Shown in pieces: positions 40,474-49,199 of a stretch of DNA of 64,000 nucleotides. The DNA is from an uncultured Halobacteriales archaeon (GTDB taxonomy: Archaea > Halobacteriota > Halobacteria > Halobacteriales > Hikarchaeaceae). A model generated the notes under the pieces. That model did not search any database. It saw only the letters and a list, made by a program, of their open reading frames with translations, and was not told where the DNA came from. The stretch's first letter is position 1; each line of letters begins with the position of its first letter. The stretch spans positions 1,009 through 65,008 of the forward strand of contig CAZKPC010000003.1 of the NCBI GenBank assembly GCA_964554565.1, read 5' to 3'. The translations under genes were made by a program, and so were the position numbers.

Positions 40474-42912
40474 CTACTCCGCCTCGTCCAAGGCGGCCTT
40501 GATCTTGTCCGCCGTGAAGGGGAGGCTGTGGATCCGGACGCCGACGGCATCGCGAATGGCGTTGCCGAGGGCCGGCGCGACGCCGTTCGTCGGCAGTTCC
40601 GCGATGGATTTGGCGCCGAACGGGCCGGTCGGCTCGTGGGTTTCGACCACGATGGTCTCCATCGGCGGGGTATCAGCCGTCGTCGGCATGCCGTACTGCC
40701 GGAAGCCCAGGACCTCCGGGTTCCCGTCGTCGTCGAAACTCAGCGTGCCGCTGGTGGCGTACTCGAGGCTCATGTGCTCGCCACCCTCGATCTGGCCTTC
40801 GACCAACGGCGGGTTGATCGCCACTCCACAGTCCGCCGCGAAGACCAGCTTGTTGATGTCGTACTCGCCGGTCTCCTCGTTCACCGTCACGTCGACGAAC
40901 TGCGCGCCGAACGGCGGGGGGCTCTCGTCGGTGCTGTGGTGGCTCGCGCCCATCACTTGCTCGCGCTCGTCGCCCCCGTAGATCGACTCCATGCCGATCT
41001 CCTCGAGGGTGACTTCCTCGCCGGTGACCTCGCTGTACACGACGCCCTCGCCGGTCTCGAGGTCCTCGGCCGGCTCGTCGAGCAGCTTCCCGGCCCAGTA
41101 GAGGAGCCGATCCTTCGCGTCGAGGGCGGTTTCCTTGACCGCGCGGCCCGAAATATAGGTCGTCGAGGAGGCGTAGGCGCCGTAATCGAACGGCGTTTCG
41201 TCGGTATCGGAGGACTTGACCACGATGTCCTCGGGGTCGCAGCCGAGCACCTCCGAGGCGATCTGACTGAACATCGTGTCGTTCCCCGACCCCGTGTCGA
41301 CGCCCCCGACCTGCAGGATGAACGAGCCGTCCTCGTTCATCTTGATGTGGGCCGCGCCGAGTTCGTCGCCCTGCACGCCGCTGCCCTGGGCGGTCAGCGC
41401 GAGGCCGATCCCGCGATGGAGGTGGGGCTCCTCGGGCTGTTCGACGTCTTCGTATCCGATGGCCTCGGCCCCGCGATCGATGCATTCCCCCATGCCACAG
41501 GACCGGATCCGGCGGGCGCCGTCGCCCTCGCCGAGGATGTCCGAGATCCAGTCGAGGTCGCCGACCTGGACGTGGTTCTTCCGCCGGAACTCGATCGGGT
41601 CCATGTCGAGCCGCCGGGCGACCTCGTCCATGTGGCACTCCACCGCGAAGTGGCCCTGGGGCGCGCCGTACCCGCGCTGGGCCGCCGCGATCGGCAGGTT
41701 CGTGTGGACGATGTCCGCCGTGAAGCGGACGTTCTCCACCCGGGGATAGATCGGGAGCGGCTTGGTCCCGACGTTCCCCGCCACCGTCATCCCGTGGGGG
41801 CCATAGGCGCCGGTGTTCGAGAGCGCGTAGAGGTCCATGGCCTGCAGCTCGCCGTCCTCCGACACCGCGGATTTCATCGTGACCGACATCGGGTGCCGGT
41901 TCCGCATGGCGTGGAACTCCTCCTTCCGGCTGACTTCGAGCTTGACCGGCTGCCCGGCCGCCAGATGGAGGGCGAACGTGATCGGCTCGATCACCATCGC
42001 CTGCTTGCCGCCGAAGCCGGCACCGATACGGGGTTTGGTGACCCGGATATCCCGCACCGGGATGTCGAAGAGGTGTGAGAGCTGCCGGCGGGTGTGGTTG
42101 GGGACCTGCGTGGAGGAGATGAAGACGTGCCGGTTGTCCTCGTCCGTGTAGGCGATCGTCGTGTGTGGTTCCGGGATACAGTGGTTCTGGTAGGGCGTCT
42201 CCCACTCGGTCTCGAGAGTCAGCTCGTCGTCCGCGGCATCCAGTGCCGATTCCACGTCGCCCAACTCGCCCTCGAAGTGGGACTCGCGGTTCCGTGTGTA
42301 GTCCGCTCCGGACTGCTTGTTCTCCACGTCGTCCGGTTCGAACAGCTGCGGGGCGTCCGGATCCATCGCCTCGTGGTAGTCGAGGACCGGCTCGAGCTCC
42401 TCGTATTCGACCGTGATCTTCCGGGCGGCCTTGTCCGCGATCGACTTGTTCTCCGCGGCCACCGCCGCGATCGGGTCGCCGACGAACCGCACGTGCTCCC
42501 GGAGCGTCTTCATGTCCCACGGGCTGGGTTCGGGATACGACTGACCGGCCGACGTGTAGACGCTATCGGGCACCTCGTCCGACCACGGCGTGATCACGGC
42601 GTGGACGCCGTCCATCGCCTCGGCCTCGCTCGTGTCGATCGACTTCACGTACCCGTGGGCGATGTCGCTGCGGATGACCTTCCCCTCGAGCAGCTCCGGG
42701 AAGTGGACGCGGAAGTCCGCGGTGAACTTCGCCTCGCCGGTGACGAGCTTGCGCCCGTCGTCCTTCTCGACGTCCTTGGTGATGTTCTCGCGGTCGCTGG
42801 CGGCCTTCCGGTTGCCCTCCGGCTCGTCCCATTCGATCGGGAACTTCTCGAGGGCCTCGTCCTGGCCGGGCAACACGTCGATCTCCGGCTCGGTGTCCTC
42901 GGGCTGGCTCAC
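40474..42912 (-). CDS. Molybdenum hydroxylase (xanthine dehydrogenase family) Mo-binding subunit, XdhD-like
   Basis: GQSYPEPSP, VRFVGD, STQVP, GAGFGGK, RGYGAPQ, GQIEGG, GPFGAKSIAE; GTG start with GGAGGT SD. Confidence 0.92.
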   Translation of the reverse strand: MSQPEDTEPEIDVLPGQDEALEKFPIEWDEPEGNRKAASDRENITKDVEKDDGRKLVTGEAKFTADFRVHFPELLEGKVIRSDIAHGYVKSIDTSEAEAMDGVHAVITPWSDEVPDSVYTSAGQSYPEPSPWDMKTLREHVRFVGDPIAAVAAENKSIADKAARKITVEYEELEPVLDYHEAMDPDAPQLFEPDDVENKQSGADYTRNRESHFEGELGDVESALDAADDELTLETEWETPYQNHCIPEPHTTIAYTDEDNRHVFISSTQVPNHTRRQLSHLFDIPVRDIRVTKPRIGAGFGGKQAMVIEPITFALHLAAGQPVKLEVSRKEEFHAMRNRHPMSVTMKSAVSEDGELQAMDLYALSNTGAYGPHGMTVAGNVGTKPLPIYPRVENVRFTADIVHTNLPIAAAQRGYGAPQGHFAVECHMDEVARRLDMDPIEFRRKNHVQVGDLDWISDILGEGDGARRIRSCGMGECIDRGAEAIGYEDVEQPEEPHLHRGIGLALTAQGSGVQGDELGAAHIKMNEDGSFILQVGGVDTGSGNDTMFSQIASEVLGCDPEDIVVKSSDTDETPFDYGAYASSTTYISGRAVKETALDAKDRLLYWAGKLLDEPAEDLETGEGVVYSEVTGEEVTLEEIGMESIYGGDEREQVMGASHHSTDESPPPFGAQFVDVTVNEETGEYDINKLVFAADCGVAINPPLVEGQIEGGEHMSLEYATSGTLSFDDDGNPEVLGFRQYGMPTTADTPPMETIVVETHEPTGPFGAKSIAELPTNGVAPALGNAIRDAVGVRIHSLPFTADKIKAALDEAE

Positions 42913-43439
42913 GCCCGTTCACCTCCGGACTCGCGGGATACGAGATCGAGCCGGGTGCCGCCGTCAGCCGCCATCGCGTCGGCCTGCATGCGGTCGGCCG
43001 AGTCGTGGACGGCCTCGAGGATCTTCTTGTACCCGGTGCACCGACACAAGTTATCCGAAAGCGCCTCACGGACCTCTGAATCCGACGGATCGGGGTTCTC
43101 CTCGAGCAGGGCTTTCGTGCTCATGATGAAGCCCGGCGTGCAGAACCCACATTGGAGCGCCGTCTGGTCCAGGAAGGCCTGCTGGATCGGGTGCAAGTCG
43201 TCCTGGGTACCCAACCCTTCGATGGTCTCGACGGACGCCCCCTCCACCCGATTCGCGGGCAGCACACAGGACTGGCGAGGTTCGCCGTCGACCTGCACCA
43301 TGCACATCCCACAAGCGCCGGTATCGCAGCCGCGCTTGGCACCGGTATACCCGTTGCGCCGAAGCACGTCGAGCAGCAGATCCGTCTTCGCCACCTCGAA
43401 GGTTTCCGGCTCGCCGTTGAGTTCAAACTGGAGTTCCAT
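42909..43439 (-). CDS. Molybdenum hydroxylase 2x[2Fe-2S] subunit
   Basis: GCDTGACGMC...SC, QCGFC, NLCRCTGY. Confidence 0.95.
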   Translation of the reverse strand: MELQFELNGEPETFEVAKTDLLLDVLRRNGYTGAKRGCDTGACGMCMVQVDGEPRQSCVLPANRVEGASVETIEGLGTQDDLHPIQQAFLDQTALQCGFCTPGFIMSTKALLEENPDPSDSEVREALSDNLCRCTGYKKILEAVHDSADRMQADAMAADGGTRLDLVSRESGGERA

Positions 43440-43451
43440 GGCTGGCTATTC

Positions 43452-43468
43452 GCCGCTCAGCGAGCGGC
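43452..43468. promoter_or_regulatory. Inverted repeat GCCGCTC-AGC-GAGCGGC in the xdh leader
   Basis: Perfect 7-bp stem between the TATA box (43498-43505) and the ATG at 43439. Confidence 0.45.
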
Positions 43469-43654
43469 ATTGGTAACGTGGGACTGGGAGGTTGGCCTTT
43501 AAATATCTGTGGACAGGTCGGCGGATGCTGCGTTCGGGACGGTAGCTCTCTTGGCAGGAGTGAGATCCGACCACGGCCCGGCAGGTGACCGAGATGCAGG
43601 CCAAGATTGGCGGAGACCCAAGCTATAATGGTTGAGCGAGTGACTTCGGCCTGC

Positions 43655-45118
43655 ATGTCGTCCGACAAGCAGGGGTCGGCGACTGGTGAATCGGACGTGG
43701 CAACCGATGGGGGGACCGCGGCTGCGGCCGGGGACTCGTGGTTCGCGCGATACTTCGACTTCGTCGGACACGACACCGACCTGCGGACGGAGGTCCTGGC
43801 CGGGCTGACGACCTTCCTGGCGATGTCGTACATCGTGGTCGTCAACCCGGCGATCATGGCCGGAGTCCCCGGCGAGAAGCCGGGGATCATCATCGAGGGC
43901 TACACCGTCGCGCAGGTCCAGCAGATGCTGGCGGTCGTGACGATCCTGGCGGCCTTCGTCGCCATCGTCGTGATGGCCTTCTACGCGAACCGGCCGTTCG
44001 CGCAGGCGCCGGGCCTCGGCCTGAACGCCTTCTTCGCGTTCACGGTCGTCGGGGCGTTGGGCGTGCCGTGGGAAACCGCCCTCGCGGCGGTCGTCGTCGA
44101 GGGAGTCATCTTCATCCTCTTGACCGCCGTGGGCGCCCGACGGTACATCGTCGAGCTGTTCCCCGAACCCGTGAAGTTCGCCGTGGGGACGGGGATCGGC
44201 GCCTTCCTCGCCATCATCGGCCTCGAGGAAATGAACGTGGTGGTCGATGACCCGGCGACGCTGATCACGATGGGCGATATCGCCTCGGATCCCGTCGCCA
44301 TCCTCTCCGTCCTGGGGCTGTTCCTGACGTTCATCCTCTACGTCAGGGGCGTCCGGGGCTCCATCATCATCGGGATCATCGCGACCACGATCGTCGGGTG
44401 GGCGTTGACGGTCGGCGGCGCCGTGAGTCAGGGCGTGCTCGCGCCGGCCAACATCCCGGCCGCCCAGTACGACATCTCGCCGCTCGTCGGCGCGTTCATC
44501 GTGGGGCTCCAGGACGTCCAGGCGCTGACCTTCGCACTGGTCGTCTTCACGTTCTTCTTCGTGGACTTCTTCGACACGGCCGGCACGCTGATCGGCGTCT
44601 CGCAGGTCGCGGGGTTCCTGAACGAGGACGGCAACCTGCCGGAGATGGAGAAGCCGCTGATGGCCGACGCGGTCGGCACGACCGCCGGCGGGATCCTCGG
44701 GACCTCGACGGTCACGACCTACATCGAGAGCGCGACCGGCGTCGAGGAAGGCGGCCGGACCGGCATGACGGCCCTCGTGGTCGGCCTGCTGTTCCTGGCG
44801 GCGCTCGCCGTCGTGCCCCTCGCCGCGGCTATTCCGCTGTACGCCTCCCACCTCGCGCTGGTCATGGTCGGCCTCATCATGCTCAGGAACGTGACGGACA
44901 TCGACTGGTCCCGCGCCGAGTACTCCATCCCGGCCGGCATGACCATCCTCATCATGCCGCTCACCTTCTCGATCGCGTGGGGGATCGCGGCCGGGATCAT
45001 CACGTTCCCGATCGTGATGGCCGCGAAGGGACGGGCGAGCGAGGTCCACGCCGGTCAGTGGGCTCTCGCTGCAGCGTTCGTCATCTACTTCATCGTCCGC
45101 ACCGGCGGCGTCCTCTAA
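43655..45118 (+). CDS. NCS2/AzgA (PbuG-type) purine permease
   Basis: E.LAG.TTFL.MSYI..VNP, APGLGLNAFF, DFFDTAGT, TYIESA.GV..GGRTG; leaderless start after TATAAT at 43624. Confidence 0.95.
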   Translation: MSSDKQGSATGESDVATDGGTAAAAGDSWFARYFDFVGHDTDLRTEVLAGLTTFLAMSYIVVVNPAIMAGVPGEKPGIIIEGYTVAQVQQMLAVVTILAAFVAIVVMAFYANRPFAQAPGLGLNAFFAFTVVGALGVPWETALAAVVVEGVIFILLTAVGARRYIVELFPEPVKFAVGTGIGAFLAIIGLEEMNVVVDDPATLITMGDIASDPVAILSVLGLFLTFILYVRGVRGSIIIGIIATTIVGWALTVGGAVSQGVLAPANIPAAQYDISPLVGAFIVGLQDVQALTFALVVFTFFFVDFFDTAGTLIGVSQVAGFLNEDGNLPEMEKPLMADAVGTTAGGILGTSTVTTYIESATGVEEGGRTGMTALVVGLLFLAALAVVPLAAAIPLYASHLALVMVGLIMLRNVTDIDWSRAEYSIPAGMTILIMPLTFSIAWGIAAGIITFPIVMAAKGRASEVHAGQWALAAAFVIYFIVRTGGVL

Positions 45119-45142
45119 CCGCTCGAGGCCGACCTCGAGCGG
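45119..45142. terminator. Perfect 10-bp hairpin CCGCTCGAGG-CCGA-CCTCGAGCGG directly after the permease stop
   Basis: Seen directly; role (terminator, mRNA stabiliser or operator) not determined. Confidence 0.45.
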
Positions 45143-45184
45143 CCGCCCGAACCGCTTTTCACCGTTCGCCGCCAGGGGCCGCCA

Positions 45185-45556
45185 ATGACGGACCTGGGGG
45201 TCGTCCTCACGGGCGGGCCATTCGACAGCCAGCGGTGGCGCACGGCCTACGAGCTGGGCCGCGCGGCGCTGGACGCCGACCGACAGGTGAGCTACTTCCA
45301 TTACCTGGACGGCGTCCTCGTGCCGGTGCTGGACCAGCGCCTCCCGGACTGCAGCGACGCCAGCCTGTACGACGAGATGCCGACGGAGAAGTTCCAGCAG
45401 CTGATCGCGGACGGGGCCGAGGTCGTCTGCTGTGGGCTCTGTGTCGACGCCAGGGGGATCGAGGCGGCGACCGATTACCCCGCGGGCGTCGAGGTCGGGT
45501 TGTTGCCCGACCTGGCTGACCTGCTCGGGACGGCCGATCGGGTGGTATCACTATGA
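45185..45556 (+). CDS. DsrE/TusD-like sulfur(selenium)-relay protein
   Basis: T.GP, F.Y.DGV, CCGLC..ARG, L..L...ADRVV. Confidence 0.88.
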   Translation: MTDLGVVLTGGPFDSQRWRTAYELGRAALDADRQVSYFHYLDGVLVPVLDQRLPDCSDASLYDEMPTEKFQQLIADGAEVVCCGLCVDARGIEAATDYPAGVEVGLLPDLADLLGTADRVVSL

Positions 45557-45903
45557 AACGGGACGTCCTCGTCATGGTGACCCGGCCGCCGGGTCGCGTC
45601 CACGTCGCTGAGGGCCTCCGGGCAGCCCGCGGGGTGGCAGCCGGGTTCGATCGCCACGACGTCACCGTGTTGTTCGCGGAGGACGGCGTTCACAGCGCCA
45701 GAGCCGCGGTCGACCGCGACGCGCTCAACCTGCCCGATCACATCGCCGATTTGCGGGCCGAGGACGGCCGCATGGTCGCCGACGGCCGGGCCCTGCAGGA
45801 GCGGGCGATCGACCGGGAAGCGGTGGCCGACGACATCACCGTGCTGGACGGCGGGGAGACGACCGCGCTCGTCCGGCGGGCCGATCACACGCTCGATTTC
45901 TGA
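45553..45903 (+). CDS. DsrF/TusC-like protein
   Basis: PPG...EGLR, LF.EDGV, L.ER.I; ATGA overlap with dsrE. Confidence 0.82.
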   Translation: MKRDVLVMVTRPPGRVHVAEGLRAARGVAAGFDRHDVTVLFAEDGVHSARAAVDRDALNLPDHIADLRAEDGRMVADGRALQERAIDREAVADDITVLDGGETTALVRRADHTLDF

Positions 45904-45905
45904 CG

Positions 45906-46151
45906 ATGCTCTACCTCATCGACAAACCGTTGGCGGATCTCGGCCTCCGGGCGGCGAGTGATGACCCCGACGCCCGCGTGGCCCTCCTGCAGGACGGGGT
46001 CCTGCTCGACCCGGATCTTGACGTCCCCACCTTCGCCGTGCAGCGGGACGCCGCCGTCCGGGGGATCGATCTCCCCGAGGCCGTGGAACCGGTCTCCTAT
46101 GACCGACTCGTCGAACTGCTGTTCGAGCACGAGGTGGCCAGCTTCGTATGA
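45906..46151 (+). CDS. DsrH/TusB-like protein
   Basis: MLYLI, LLQDGV, D...RG, YD.LVEL. Confidence 0.85.
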   Translation: MLYLIDKPLADLGLRAASDDPDARVALLQDGVLLDPDLDVPTFAVQRDAAVRGIDLPEAVEPVSYDRLVELLFEHEVASFV

Positions 46152-47797
46152 CCCTGTTCGAGCGCGCTGACGAACTGGTCGACCGCGGCGAGCCGGCCGC
46201 CATGCTGACGGTCGTCGGCAAGGACGGGAGCGCGCCGCGGGAAGTCGGGACCCGGATGCTCGTGACGGCCCAGGACGAGTTCGGCACGATCGGCGGCGGC
46301 AGCGTGGAAGGCCTCGCCATCGAGGAGGCCCGCGACGTCCTCGAAGGGCAGGCCGAGCCGGGCGTGCGCAACTACGAGCTCCGACCGGGTGGGAACACCG
46401 GGATGGTCTGCGGGGGGTCGATGGACGTGTTCATCGACCGTCTGCGCGGGAAGCGACACGTGTATGTTGCGGGCGGCGGCCACATCGCCGCCGAGCTGGC
46501 CCCGCTGGCCGCCCGGATGGGATACGCGGTCACGTTGATCGACGACCGGGCGGAGTACGCCGCCGAGGCCCGCTTCCCCGAGGCCACCCGAGTCATCCAC
46601 GGCGACTACGGCGAGGCCCTGGCTGAGCTCCCGATCACGTCCGAGTCCGCCGTCGTCGTCGCGACCCGGAGCGGCACCTTCGATACCGCCGCCGTCGGCG
46701 CCGCGCTCGAAGGTGGCGCCGGCTACGTCGGGCTGGTCGCCAGCGACACCAAGGCCGACCGGGTACTGGACAACCTCGCCGAGGACGGCTTCGGCCGGGA
46801 CCGCCTGGTCGACGTCCGAGCGCCGGTCGGCCTGGACCTCGGCGGGGGCGGGCCCGAGGACGTGGCCCTCTCCGTCCTCGCCGAACTCCACGCTGACCGG
46901 CACGACGCGTCCGGGAGCCGGCTGACGCGGCTCGACCTCGACGAGCTCGTCGTGGTCCGGGGCGGCGGCGATCTCGCCAGCGGGGTCGTGTACCGGCTCC
47001 ACCAGGCGGGGTTCCCGGTCGCGGTCCTCGAGGTCGAGCAGCCGACGGCGGTCCGACGGGCGGTGGCGTTCGCCGAGGCGGTGTACGAGGACGAAGTGAC
47101 GGTCGAGGGCGTCGGGGCCCGACGTGCGGAGGACGTCGATGCGGCCGTGGAGATGCTCGAGGCCGGCGAGGTCCCGGTGCTCGTGGACCCGGAGGCCGCG
47201 GCAGTCGATGCCTTGGAGCCCGGCGTGCTGGTCGACGCGGTGATGGCCAAGGGTAAACGGGATACCGGCACCCGCCGTGAGCAGGCGGACGTGGTCATCG
47301 GGTTGGGGCCGGGATTCGAGGCCGTCGCGGACGAGCCGGGATCGGTGGGCGCCGGGGGTGATACCACGGCGGCCGAGGCCGCCGATGGCGGGCCGGTTCC
47401 GGTCGACGCCGTCGTTGAAACCGATCGCGGCCACGAACTCGGCCGGGTGTTCTACGAGGGCACGGCCAGCCCCTATGACGGGACGCCGGGCGAGCGAGCG
47501 GGCCACACGCTGGACCGCGTCCTGTACGCCGAATCCGCGGGCGAGTGGTCGCCGACGGTGGAGATCGGCGAGCTGGTCGAGACGGGCGACGTGGTCGGCC
47601 ACGTCGGCGACGATCCCGTCGCGGCCGAGATCGACGGGCTGGTCCGGGGACTCGTCCGCGAAGGGCTGCAGGTCGAGGCCGGCACGAAGCTCGGTGACAT
47701 CGACCCCCGTGGCGACGCCGTGGATCCGACGAAGGTCTCCGACAAGGCGCTCTCGCTGGGCGGCGGGGTCCTTGAGGCGGTGCTGCGCCTCCGGTAA
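46148..47797 (+). CDS. yqeB: XdhC-YqeB fusion (Mo-hydroxylase maturation / selenium-cofactor protein)
   Basis: N-half GSAPRE.G, GTIGGG, CGG, APVGLDLG; C-half VRGGGDLASG, RRAVAF, ETDRGH.LG, GDIDPR, SDKA..LGGGVLEA. Confidence 0.9.
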   Translation: MTLFERADELVDRGEPAAMLTVVGKDGSAPREVGTRMLVTAQDEFGTIGGGSVEGLAIEEARDVLEGQAEPGVRNYELRPGGNTGMVCGGSMDVFIDRLRGKRHVYVAGGGHIAAELAPLAARMGYAVTLIDDRAEYAAEARFPEATRVIHGDYGEALAELPITSESAVVVATRSGTFDTAAVGAALEGGAGYVGLVASDTKADRVLDNLAEDGFGRDRLVDVRAPVGLDLGGGGPEDVALSVLAELHADRHDASGSRLTRLDLDELVVVRGGGDLASGVVYRLHQAGFPVAVLEVEQPTAVRRAVAFAEAVYEDEVTVEGVGARRAEDVDAAVEMLEAGEVPVLVDPEAAAVDALEPGVLVDAVMAKGKRDTGTRREQADVVIGLGPGFEAVADEPGSVGAGGDTTAAEAADGGPVPVDAVVETDRGHELGRVFYEGTASPYDGTPGERAGHTLDRVLYAESAGEWSPTVEIGELVETGDVVGHVGDDPVAAEIDGLVRGLVREGLQVEAGTKLGDIDPRGDAVDPTKVSDKALSLGGGVLEAVLRLR

Positions 47798-47825
47798 CGA
47801 AGGGCTCGACGCGCCGGCCGGCCCA

Positions 47826-48869
47826 TCAATCCGGGCGCGGCGCCGTGCCCAGGGAAACTTGGTCGACCGCCGGCTCGGCCAGCCGAGCGCCGGCCCCCTC
47901 GGTCACGCGGCCGACCGCTCGATAGAAGACGTCCGCCTCATCCAGCGCCGCTTCGAGGGCCGCCGTTCGCTCATCCTCAACCGCCACGAGCAGCCCGCCG
48001 CTCGTTTCAGCACTCTCTCCGGCGACCAGTCCATAGCCGAACAGGTCTGAGAGCGACGGCGTGCCCTCGATGACCGGGAGCTCCGTGAGTTCGATGCCGA
48101 CGCCGCTGCGGGCGGCGATCGTGCTTGCCTCGCCGAGCAGGCCGAACCCGGTGACGTCGGTGGCGGCCGTGGCGAGCTCCCGGACGGCCAAGGCTGCTGC
48201 CCGGTTCGGGTGGACCATCCACCGGTACGCCTCCTGACCGACCGCCCCGATATCGGGATCGGTCGCGTCGGCGACGGTTTCGGCGAACTCGCCATCGCTG
48301 ACGCGGAGCGCTCCCATGGCGGGCTGCGTGCCCAACGGCTTGGTCAGGTAGAGGTGATCCCCCGGACCGGCACCGGTGGTCGTCAGCAGCCGGTCCCGGG
48401 GAGCCGTGGCGGTGATCGCCCCGCCCGCCAGCGGCCACGGGTTAAGGATCGTGTGCCCCCCGGCGATGACGCCGTCCATCCCTCTGAGGGCCGTCAGCAT
48501 CCCCGTGAGGATCTCGGCGGCCACCGTGGTCAGATCCCGGGGGAGGCCCAAGACCGCCAGACAGGCCAAGTCGTCCACGGCGCCCGTCGCGAACGCGTCG
48601 CTGGCGGCGTTGACGGCGGCCACGCGGCCGAAGTCGGCCGGGTCATCGACCACGGGGGTAAACACGTCGACGGTCGACACCAGGGCCCGCGAATCGCCGA
48701 GCGGTTGGGCGGCCGCGTCCTCCCCGACGCCGAACAACAACCCGGGCTGCTCCCCATCGACCCCAGCCTCGGCGAGCAGCGACTCGAGATCGCCCCGACC
48801 GACCTTGCACGAACAGCCGTGGAGTTCGGCGTGGTCGGTGAGCGCCGGCTCCGGCCCGTCGTCCGCCAT
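47826..48869 (-). CDS. selD: Selenophosphate synthetase (Cys form)
   Basis: HGCSCK, EDAA, TVD.FTP.VDDP..FG, A.NA.SD, GGHT, LTKPLG, TDVTGFGLLG, ETSGGLL. Confidence 0.95.
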   Translation of the reverse strand: MADDGPEPALTDHAELHGCSCKVGRGDLESLLAEAGVDGEQPGLLFGVGEDAAAQPLGDSRALVSTVDVFTPVVDDPADFGRVAAVNAASDAFATGAVDDLACLAVLGLPRDLTTVAAEILTGMLTALRGMDGVIAGGHTILNPWPLAGGAITATAPRDRLLTTTGAGPGDHLYLTKPLGTQPAMGALRVSDGEFAETVADATDPDIGAVGQEAYRWMVHPNRAAALAVRELATAATDVTGFGLLGEASTIAARSGVGIELTELPVIEGTPSLSDLFGYGLVAGESAETSGGLLVAVEDERTAALEAALDEADVFYRAVGRVTEGAGARLAEPAVDQVSLGTAPRPD

Positions 48870-48870
48870 G

Positions 48871-49116
48871 CTAGGCGTCCGAAAGCGTCGCCTGCTCGGT
48901 TACCGTGATGTGCAGCTCGAAGGCGCCGTCCCCGTGATTGGGACCGTCAGTGACCTCGTAGCCGTGGCGGTCACAGGTCCGCCGGAGGTTCCGTTCGGCC
49001 GGCGGGTAATCGCCCCGAACCAGCAGCTCGTCCCCGGGGCTCAACTCCGCCAGCCGATCCCGGACGACGAGCGCCGGCCGCGGACAGACCTCCCCCGTGA
49101 CGTCCACGTGCTCCAT
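48871..49116 (-). CDS. tusA: TusA/SirA sulfur(selenium) carrier
   Basis: DVTGEVCPRP (CPxP) and L..GD.L.V..D; ends 1 nt before the selD start. Confidence 0.9.
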   Translation of the reverse strand: MEHVDVTGEVCPRPALVVRDRLAELSPGDELLVRGDYPPAERNLRRTCDRHGYEVTDGPNHGDGAFELHITVTEQATLSDA

Positions 49117-49199
49117 GGCCGTCAGTACTGGATGGGAGCCCATAACGGTAGCGTCGACCGCCGCGGAACGCTCAAATCGCGTCGGGGGCTTGACCCAGC

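Noticed and set aside
45185..46151. Dissimilatory sulfur oxidation (Dsr) or tRNA 2-thiolation (Tus) pathway
   Set aside because: No dsrAB, dsrC/tusE or mnmA in the window; the genes are coupled to xdhC-yqeB instead
32820..47400. Recurring 'DGG' low-complexity inserts in CarB, the Xdh Fe-S tail, the permease N-terminus and YqeB
   Set aside because: A common feature of haloarchaeal linkers and not specific to this locus
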